Program-made: the position numbers and the translations under genes | The notes under the pieces: model-generated | What the model was told of the DNA's origin: nothing | Database searches by the model: none | What the model saw: the letters and a program-made list of their open reading frames with translations, nothing else | Shown: piece after piece, positions 32,974 to 39,771 of the stretch | Layout of the letters: each line of letters begins with the position of its first letter | Position numbering within the stretch: the first letter of the stretch is position 1 | Assembly: GCA_964495855.1 (NCBI GenBank) | Contig: CAZBYY010000001.1 | Coordinates: forward strand, 1-59,097 | Length of the DNA: 59,097 nt | Direction of reading: 5' to 3' | DNA from: an uncultured Acidobacterium sp. | Lineage (GTDB): Bacteria > Acidobacteriota > Vicinamibacteria > Vicinamibacterales > UBA2999

Positions 32974-33431
32974 TGCACAAATTCATCTGTTTCCTGATAC
33001 CTTTCGTTCTGGTCGCGGCTGCTGCGTGTGGCGGCTCGACATCGTCCGCGCCTCCGGAGGGCGCGCCCATGGCCGACAGCGGAATCACACAACTCCAAGT
33101 ACAGGAAGTCACCACCGGTTCAGGCGCCGAGGCGCGACCGGGCCGCGCGGTGCGCGTGCACTACACCGGATGGCTGTACGACGCCGCCAAGGCCGATAAT
33201 CGCGGAAGCAAGTTCGACAGCTCGAAGGATCATGGCGAGCCCTTCCAGTTCAACCTCGGCGCGCGCGAAGTGATCAGCGGGTGGGACGAAGGCGTCGCGG
33301 GGATGAAGGTCGGCGGCACGCGCATTCTGACGATTCCGCCGCACATGGGGTATGGCGCGCGCGGAGCCGGCGGCGTGATTCCGCCGAATGCGACGCTCGT
33401 GTTCGAAGTCGAATTGCTCGACGTGAGGTGA
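32973..33431 (+). CDS. FKBP-type peptidyl-prolyl cis-trans isomerase, lipoprotein
   Basis: 152-aa ORF with a lipobox (LVAAAACGG) and an FKBP core (VHYTGWL...KFDSS.D.GEPFQFNLG...VI.GWDEGV.GMKVGG.R.L.IPP..GYG). Its ATG overlaps the transporter TGA (TGATG). Confidence 0.9.
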   Translation: MHKFICFLIPFVLVAAAACGGSTSSAPPEGAPMADSGITQLQVQEVTTGSGAEARPGRAVRVHYTGWLYDAAKADNRGSKFDSSKDHGEPFQFNLGAREVISGWDEGVAGMKVGGTRILTIPPHMGYGARGAGGVIPPNATLVFEVELLDVR

Positions 33432-33461
33432 GCGGCCGGAGGCCAGCGGTCGGGCGCGCAG

Positions 33462-34562
33462 ATGCACTGTAAGCATTTCGGCGTGTGCGGCGGCTGTACG
33501 CTGCCTGGTGTCCCGTACGCCGAACAACTCGAAGGGAAGCGCGCGCGGCTGTCGAGTCTGCTCGGCATGTCCGTTCCGGCGCTGGTTCCGTCTCCGAAAG
33601 AATCCGCGTTTCGCAGCAAGGTCGCCTTCGTGTTCGGCGGCGGCGTGATGGGGCACTACGCCCTCAGGTCGCAGAAGGTGATTCGCATCGAGGAGTGTCC
33701 CGTCCACAACGAGCGCGGCAACGCCATCGCGTTTGCGCTTCGCGACCGGCTGATGCGGATCCCGGACGGCATCCTGCGCCACATCTTGATCCGGACGACT
33801 GATGACGGCCGAGAGGCGTCGGCAATGCTCGTCGTCCGGCGGAACGACAAAGTCCTGCGTGCACCGGTGAAGAAGTTCCTCGCATCGGCCGATCGACCCG
33901 AAGGGTTCTTCGTCAACATCCACGACAAGCCCGGCCCCTACATGGTTGGGGATGAGACGATCAAGATCGACGGCCGGAGCCACGTGAAGGAAGTGGTCGA
34001 AGGCGTGTCCTACCTGGTCTCACCAACAGCGTTCTTCCAAACCAATGTCGGGGCCGCGACCAGGCTGGTCAGGCATGTGGTGCAGGAGGTGGGAGCGGCG
34101 AGGCGAGTGCTTGATTTGTACTGCGGCAGCGGACTCTTTTCGCTGCAACTCGCGAAGGCCGGCGCGATGGTCACCGGCATCGAGGAAAATCGCCAGGCGG
34201 TCGCCGACGCGGAAGGCAACATGCGGCTGAACAGGCTGCCGGCCGAGCGCGCGCGATTCTTCGCAGCGCGCGTCGAAGACGCGCTCGAACGGATGTCCAG
34301 GGATCCGTGGGACGCCGTTGTGCTCGACCCGCCACGGCAAGGCTGCCCGCCTCGGGTGCTGGCCACCATCTTTGGCAAGATGCGCCCGCCTCGTGTCGTC
34401 TATGTGTCGTGTAATCCGGAGGCGCTTGCGAGTGAGCTGCCGGTGATCCTGAAGAGCGGCTATCGAGTGACGCGGGTGCAGCCGGTTGACATGTTCCCCC
34501 ACACCGAGCACATTGAGACGGTGATCGTCTTCGAACCACAGAGGCGCGAGCAGCTTGCTTAA
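33462..34562 (+). CDS. TrmA/RlmD-family RNA (uracil-5)-methyltransferase with an N-terminal Cys cluster
   Basis: 366-aa ORF. MHCKHFGVCGGC plus a later ECPVH fits the 4-Cys Fe-S pattern of RumA-type enzymes. The SAM motif is VLDLYCGSGLFSL. The C-terminal motifs VVLDPPRQG and YVSCNP are present. Confidence 0.85.
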   Translation: MHCKHFGVCGGCTLPGVPYAEQLEGKRARLSSLLGMSVPALVPSPKESAFRSKVAFVFGGGVMGHYALRSQKVIRIEECPVHNERGNAIAFALRDRLMRIPDGILRHILIRTTDDGREASAMLVVRRNDKVLRAPVKKFLASADRPEGFFVNIHDKPGPYMVGDETIKIDGRSHVKEVVEGVSYLVSPTAFFQTNVGAATRLVRHVVQEVGAARRVLDLYCGSGLFSLQLAKAGAMVTGIEENRQAVADAEGNMRLNRLPAERARFFAARVEDALERMSRDPWDAVVLDPPRQGCPPRVLATIFGKMRPPRVVYVSCNPEALASELPVILKSGYRVTRVQPVDMFPHTEHIETVIVFEPQRREQLA

Positions 34563-34572
34563 AGCCGCGCGC

Positions 34573-36567
34573 ATGGTCGTCATCGTCTCGACGGTGGCGG
34601 CGGCGTTGTTCGAGTCCTATCTCGCAACGCAGTACCACCCGGCAATTTTCTGGCTCTCGCTGATCGGGTTCGCCGTGCTTGCCGGCGTCGGCGAACGTCT
34701 TCGCCCGTTGGCCTTGCCCACGCTGATGGCGGCGGCGTACGTGACGCCTGGGATCCTGATTGCGCTGGATCCGGCCAAGCAGGCCGATTTTGGACTCGAC
34801 ATCGTGTGGGTGCTGCCGCTGCTCGGCTTGTCGCTGTCCGGCCGCACGGCTGACTGGTCGGTGCCGCCGCGCTGGCAATGGCCCCTCGTGACATGGTCGC
34901 TGGTTGTCGCGGTCGCGTGGCCGATCGTATTCCTGCGCGAGGTGGACTTCGCGCCGTGGATCCTGCAGCTGCAGCGCGTGTCGAATACCAGCGGCGGCTT
35001 CAGCCCTGCGTTCGTGTCGCAGAACATCACGTACTTTGTCCTGCTGCACAACGCCGGCATCCTGTTCATCGACGCGCTGTGCCGATGGTTTGCCACTGAC
35101 CCGGCCGCATTTCGGAAACAGATTCTCGTGCCGATGGCCATCACCGCACTCGTGGCCGCGGTGACGGCCTTCTACCAGGGTTTTGTCGACCTCGGCTTTC
35201 TTCAGCAAAAGTTCTGGACCTACATGATTCGCGCGGCCGGCACCCTCGGCGACCCGAACAAGTTCGGCGCCGTCACCGGTTTCTGGACGATTGGCGGGAT
35301 CCTTCTTGCTCGGCGCATGTCGAATCCATGGTCGCTGATCGTCGCGGCGTCGTCGGTGGCGACCGGTGTCGGCGGTGTATGGCTGTCTGGTTCACGCACG
35401 GGACTGGCAGCGGTCATCGTCAGCCTCACCTGGAGCGCGTGCGCCGCCCTGTCTTACGCATGGTCGAACCGGCGCGGAGCGCCGATCAACCTGACACGAG
35501 CCGCCGCGTTCCTCGCGGTGGCCGCCGTCCTTGCGGCGCTGATGGTCGGCGTCCTTCAGCGATCATCCACCCATACGATCGTTGCGCGCGGAACGCTTGG
35601 CTACCTGCCGTTCTTTGGCGATCGCGGCATTGCGGAGAGCGCCAACGAATTGCTCTGGGAGCGCTTTGGCTACGGGCTGGCGGCGATCGAAATGGTGAAG
35701 GAGCATCCGATTGACGGCATTGGGATCGGGATGTTCCACGCGCTGGTCATCGACTACGGCAAGATCCACGGCAAGTTCCTGCCGACGGACAATGCGCAGA
35801 GCTGGTTCCGGCACGTCATCGCGGAATCGGGACTCGTCGGCAGCATGCCGATGCTGTGGTGGTCCGTCGTGTTCCTCCTGACCATGTTCGCCCGATCCAC
35901 CGGCGACCGGCTCACCATCGGCATGCTGCGTGCCGTACTCCTCGGTTTTGCTACGGCGTCAATTTTCGGCATGCCGGCACAATCGATCGCGATCGTCATG
36001 ACCTTCTGGGTGTTCGCGTTCTGGCTGCTTCTCGAATCCGGACCCATCGAGCCTGCGTCGAAGCCCTGGACGACCCTGGCGATCGCCGCCACTGTCGCGA
36101 TCGTCGTGCTGAATGCCGGCGCAACGACGGTCGACGCATTCGGCAGCTTGCGCCCGCTCGAACGCGCCAAGCGATGGGACTGGTATTACCGTTACGGCTG
36201 GGTACAGCCCGACGACGTAGAAAAAGATCCTGGAGGCAATCCCGTCGGGCGCCGCTGGACGATGAAGAAGTCGCTCGCGCTCATCCCGGTGAAGGGCCGC
36301 GCGTTGAAGTTGGCGGCATGGGTCGACCATCCGGACAGCAGCGTGAAACCCGTGCACACGCGTGTGTGGGCCGACGGCGTGCTGGTGTTCGAGGGAGACT
36401 TGCGGCGCGGGACACCGCTGATGATGGATCTGCCGGCGAAGCCGGGCGAGAAGTACCTGGTTCTCGAGACAGAAATCGATCGCGTGTTCCGGCCCAGCGA
36501 CTTCAATCCGGCGAGCCGGGACCGGCGCGAACTGGGGCTGTCGGTTCGCGATTGGGTGTGGGAGTAG
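34573..36567 (+). CDS. O-antigen ligase (Wzy_C)-like polytopic membrane protein with a C-terminal soluble extension
   Basis: Tracked ORF 34555..36567 (TTG start). The first ATG is at 34573. It has many hydrophobic segments and Wzy_C-like motifs (WLSGSRTGLAAVIV, TDNAQSWFRHVIAESGLVG). The C-terminal ~150 aa are hydrophilic. Confidence 0.65.
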   Translation: MVVIVSTVAAALFESYLATQYHPAIFWLSLIGFAVLAGVGERLRPLALPTLMAAAYVTPGILIALDPAKQADFGLDIVWVLPLLGLSLSGRTADWSVPPRWQWPLVTWSLVVAVAWPIVFLREVDFAPWILQLQRVSNTSGGFSPAFVSQNITYFVLLHNAGILFIDALCRWFATDPAAFRKQILVPMAITALVAAVTAFYQGFVDLGFLQQKFWTYMIRAAGTLGDPNKFGAVTGFWTIGGILLARRMSNPWSLIVAASSVATGVGGVWLSGSRTGLAAVIVSLTWSACAALSYAWSNRRGAPINLTRAAAFLAVAAVLAALMVGVLQRSSTHTIVARGTLGYLPFFGDRGIAESANELLWERFGYGLAAIEMVKEHPIDGIGIGMFHALVIDYGKIHGKFLPTDNAQSWFRHVIAESGLVGSMPMLWWSVVFLLTMFARSTGDRLTIGMLRAVLLGFATASIFGMPAQSIAIVMTFWVFAFWLLLESGPIEPASKPWTTLAIAATVAIVVLNAGATTVDAFGSLRPLERAKRWDWYYRYGWVQPDDVEKDPGGNPVGRRWTMKKSLALIPVKGRALKLAAWVDHPDSSVKPVHTRVWADGVLVFEGDLRRGTPLMMDLPAKPGEKYLVLETEIDRVFRPSDFNPASRDRRELGLSVRDWVWE

Positions 36568-36576
36568 GTCGACGGA

Positions 36577-37326
36577 CTACTTCTTGATCGTGCGGGCGAG
36601 ATAGTTTCGAATCGCCTCGCGCGTGTGCGGTTGCAGCCACTCCTCGCTGACGCGCGCGTTCAGGCTGGCGAGCTGTTTCGTTTTCTCGAGCACCGGCGAG
36701 TAGAACGCTTCCTTCGTCAGCACGAATGCAGGGGAAGGGATCGCCATCCATTTGTGCGCGACTTCGTGTGCGCGGTCGAGCAGCATCTCGCGCGAACACG
36801 TGTCGTCGATCAGGCCGAGCGCCTTCGCCTCATCGACGACCAGCGTGCGTCCCGTAAACACCAGGTCACGCATCGCGGCGTCAGACAGACGAGCGGCCAT
36901 GATCTGCAACGGCAACGCTGGAAACGGCACGCCGACGGCGAGCTCAGGGATGCCGATCCGCCCGGTGCCGTGCGCCATGATCCGGTAATCGCACGCAGCG
37001 GCAAGAATGCATCCGCCCGCGATCGCGTGACCGTTGATCGCTGCAATGACGGGCTTCGGGAAGGTCAGCACGTCGCGCAAGAGCTCATCGAGCGCCGGCA
37101 GAAAGCGGCGCGCATAATCCTGTCCCTCGTCGACGAGACGAAACAGATCGACGCCGGCCGAGAACGATGATCCCGATCCGGTGAGGATCACCGCCTTCAC
37201 CGAGACCTGCCGAGTCTCGCCCAGTTCGCGCGTCAGCGCCTGGCACAGTTCGAAGTCGATCGCATTGACCTTGCCGTGCGCGAGGGTCAGCGTGCGAACG
37301 CCGTCGCGATCGTTCCGCTCTATCAC
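36577..37326 (-). CDS. Enoyl-CoA hydratase/isomerase family protein
   Basis: 249-aa ORF with a GTG start and a crotonase signature (AVILTGSGSSFSAGVDL, INGHAIAGGCILA). Confidence 0.85.
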   Translation of the reverse strand: MIERNDRDGVRTLTLAHGKVNAIDFELCQALTRELGETRQVSVKAVILTGSGSSFSAGVDLFRLVDEGQDYARRFLPALDELLRDVLTFPKPVIAAINGHAIAGGCILAAACDYRIMAHGTGRIGIPELAVGVPFPALPLQIMAARLSDAAMRDLVFTGRTLVVDEAKALGLIDDTCSREMLLDRAHEVAHKWMAIPSPAFVLTKEAFYSPVLEKTKQLASLNARVSEEWLQPHTREAIRNYLARTIKK

Positions 37327-37347
37327 CGCGACAGATTACACTGGCTT

Positions 37348-38013
37348 GTGGCCGATATCGCCGTCGCCCGTCCCGCATCCACCGTCGTCGTGCTGCGTCC
37401 AGGAGATCCGTTTGAGATCCTGATGGTCCGCCGGAATGACAAGGTGGCGTTCATGGCCGGCTCGTACGTGTTTCCGGGTGGGCGAGTGGATGAAGGCGAC
37501 GGACCGCCGGGCGAGGATTCGACCTATCGCATGGCCGCGGTGCGCGAGCTGCGGGAAGAGGCGAACGTTCACATCACCGTGGACGACCTGGTGCCGCTGG
37601 CGCATTGGGTCACGCCGGAAATCGAGATCCGCCGATACGACACCCGCTTTTTTCTTGCGCGGATGCCTGCCGATCAGGTGGCGAAGCACGACGAAAGCGA
37701 AACGACGGCGCTCGAGTGGCTGTCGCCGCGCCAGGCCATGGCGCGATTCGAACGGAAGGAGCTGTTGCTGCCGCCGCCGACGTGGACGACGATCTGGCAG
37801 CTTGCCAAGCACGGGTCGATCGAAGACGCGATGCTGCAGGCGAGGGCGACACCGATCGTCCGCATCATGCCAGGCTTTTTCAAGGTGGGTGACGAGGTCA
37901 CGCTGACGCTGCCGGGCGATCCGACGTTTCCGCCGATTCCAGGATGGGATGTTCCCGACGCGACACGATTCGTCCTGGAAGATGGAGTGCGATGGGTCCC
38001 GCGCAAAGTCTGA
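37348..38013 (+). CDS. NUDIX hydrolase
   Basis: Tracked ORF 37276..38013 (GTG). The GTG at 37348 avoids a 51-nt divergent CDS overlap. A Nudix box is present (GGRVDEGD...AAVRELREEANV). Confidence 0.8.
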   Translation: MADIAVARPASTVVVLRPGDPFEILMVRRNDKVAFMAGSYVFPGGRVDEGDGPPGEDSTYRMAAVRELREEANVHITVDDLVPLAHWVTPEIEIRRYDTRFFLARMPADQVAKHDESETTALEWLSPRQAMARFERKELLLPPPTWTTIWQLAKHGSIEDAMLQARATPIVRIMPGFFKVGDEVTLTLPGDPTFPPIPGWDVPDATRFVLEDGVRWVPRKV

Positions 38014-38441
38014 TCGACGCCGTCGATCAGCTCATCGTGAACTTCAACAGGCGAACGCTGGATCTTCCGGACAACCTGTTTGATCGCAAGACGCAGTTCG
38101 TGATCAATGGCGAGTCGTTTGAATCGTTGCTGAGCGCGGCGCCGAACGATCCGCTCGTGTTGATGCTGTCGCGTGGTCCCGCCGGTTATCGCTTCACCAT
38201 GAAAGCGTTGCAACACGCGATTCCCGACGCTGCGCTCGAACGCGGCGAAGTCAGCGGTGATTCCACCAAGGTGGCGACCACGGTGTGGTTGTCTGGAGGA
38301 TTGCGAGGCACCGGCGAGCGTGTCCACGTGCTCGCAACGGTCGCCTTGCGGCTGAACGCAGCGGGAGCCGTCGACGTCGCCGAGGCCAGCCTCGCCCTGG
38401 ACCAGCTCGAACGGATCCGCGCCGCCCGCCTCAGGCCGTAG
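37992..38441 (+). CDS. Hypothetical protein (possibly an NTF2-like fold)
   Basis: Tracked ORF 37944..38441. ATG 37992 (MGPAQSLIDAVDQL) is the preferred start. Composition is balanced, whereas the antisense alternative 37674..38525 is Arg/Ser-rich junk. The family call is a guess. Confidence 0.5.
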   Translation: MGPAQSLIDAVDQLIVNFNRRTLDLPDNLFDRKTQFVINGESFESLLSAAPNDPLVLMLSRGPAGYRFTMKALQHAIPDAALERGEVSGDSTKVATTVWLSGGLRGTGERVHVLATVALRLNAAGAVDVAEASLALDQLERIRAARLRP

Positions 38442-39099
38442 GCGCGTCCGGCTCGTCGGGCAGCTGCAACGCTTCGCGCACGAACATCTTTTCCGGGAGT
38501 CCGCCGAGGATCTCGATCGTCTCATTGACGATCGTCTTCGGCACCCCGGTGACGCGATACTTGCGGCTCAGATCCATGAACTCCGTCGCTTCGATCGCAT
38601 CCGCGGTGATGTTCGGATTCGCCGCTGCCATCTTGTGTGCGAGGACGACCGCCCTCGGGCAGTGCGGTCACGTGGGCGTGGAAAAGACCTGGATGTGCGT
38701 CGGCTTGTCGACCGCCTGCACCCATGCCATCGTTTCCGGATCGAGGTCGATCTTGCCGGTGCCGGCGACGATGATCGCTTCCACAAGACCGACGAACTCG
38801 TAGCCGGTCGGCGCGCCGTACATCCGCATGCGCGTGTCGACGCCGTTGCTCAAGATGACGATGGCCGGTGCCTTGTCGATGTTGTACTTGGCCTTGTCCT
38901 CGGTATCGAGGACGAAGTTCTTTTCGACGATCGTCACCTTGTCGTTCAGCGACGCGATCTCACCGACGATCTGCCGGGCGACATCGCCGCTCTCGGATCC
39001 GCCGAACGTCTGCGTGAACAGCACGAGCTCGACGGGGAGCGTGATCGACGACAGATGTTGCTTGAGTGTCGCCTCGTCTTGCGGAGACAGCAGGCCCAT
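38431..39099 (-). CDS. Two-domain glutaredoxin-like protein disulfide oxidoreductase with in-frame TGA at the CxxC position (candidate selenoprotein, U-P-H-C); 222 codons
   Basis: Tracked ORFs 38668..39099 (ends ...HIQVFSTPT-TGA) and 38431..38631 are in the same frame, separated only by TGA plus 12 sense codons (PHCPRAVVLAHK). The joined protein reads ...VFSTPT[TGA]PHCPRAVVLAHKMAAANPNITADAIEATEFMDLSRKYRVTGVPKTIVNE...GGLPEKMF. This matches the TPTCPxCP...VP(K) pattern of PDO/AhpF-N-terminal-domain proteins. Confidence 0.75.
38622..38667 (-). promoter_or_regulatory. SECIS-like stem-loop immediately 3' of the in-frame UGA
   Basis: The mRNA reads UGA-CCG-CA-CUGCC-CGAGG-GCGGUCGU-CCUCG-CACACAAGAU-GGCAG-CGG. 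The apical stem is CGAGG/CCUCG and begins 10 nt after the UGA. The loop contains GGUC. Lower pairings are CUGCC/GGCAG and CCG/CGG. Folded by hand only. Confidence 0.5.
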
Positions 39100-39112
39100 C
39101 GCTCAATTGTAC

Positions 39113-39601
39113 TTAGAACTTGAACAGATCGTCGAAGGCCTTCTTCGCGCCGCTGGGTTCTTTGGGATTGCCGCCCTTCTCGGCGACAGCGGTGGTCGTC
39201 TCGCGCTCGATCGTCGTCCGAATGCTGAAGTGCTGGCACTCGTTGGCCGTGTCCTTGGGGGACACGCGCGCCTGGAGCTTGATGGCGCATTCGAAGCTGG
39301 CGCCCGGATCGAAGTTCACGCATTGGATGCAGGCGCGCAACGCCACCTGGCATTTCGGGCATGCGCTGCGGGACATCACCTGCGGGTCGACGATCGTTCC
39401 GCAACGCGCGCATCTGGCGACCTGACGGGAGCCCATCATTCGCGGGTTGCGAGCGCCTTCAGAGGAGATGCGCCGGGCCCCGGCGGGCGCGCCCGGTTCG
39501 CGCTCGGGCTTGCCGCTACTCGCCGGACGCGGACCTTGCGGACGTCGGTCGCGGTCATCGTCCTGGTAGCCGCGCTGCCGGTATTTGCGGTCGTCGCTCA
39601 A
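39113..39601 (-). CDS. Cys-rich zinc-ribbon-like hypothetical protein with a basic, disordered N-terminus
   Basis: 162-aa ORF with a TTG start and no clear SD. Cys pairs are CARCG...CPKC...CIQC, plus two further Cys. Its stop is 13 nt upstream of the PDO-like gene start, so co-transcription is likely. Confidence 0.6.
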   Translation of the reverse strand: MSDDRKYRQRGYQDDDRDRRPQGPRPASSGKPEREPGAPAGARRISSEGARNPRMMGSRQVARCARCGTIVDPQVMSRSACPKCQVALRACIQCVNFDPGASFECAIKLQARVSPKDTANECQHFSIRTTIERETTTAVAEKGGNPKEPSGAKKAFDDLFKF

Positions 39602-39771
39602 AGGTGGTCAGGGAAAGGATATAGCAGGAGCCGTGCGCATAGTGGCTGCAACCTGCAGTGGGGGAAGCACCGGGTGGCGTCACCACCATGCGCCGGCAGG
39701 ATGCTAGTTATGCGCTGGCCGGATGAGCCTTGTCAAGAACTGTGAGACAGTATCCCTGCCAAGGAGCCCGT

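Noticed and set aside
28190-33431. tRNA-Ser as an integration site for a genomic island carrying the MarR/efflux genes
   Set aside because: There is no integrase, no direct repeat of the tRNA 3' end and no compositional break. The tRNA 3' end faces serS, not the efflux cluster.
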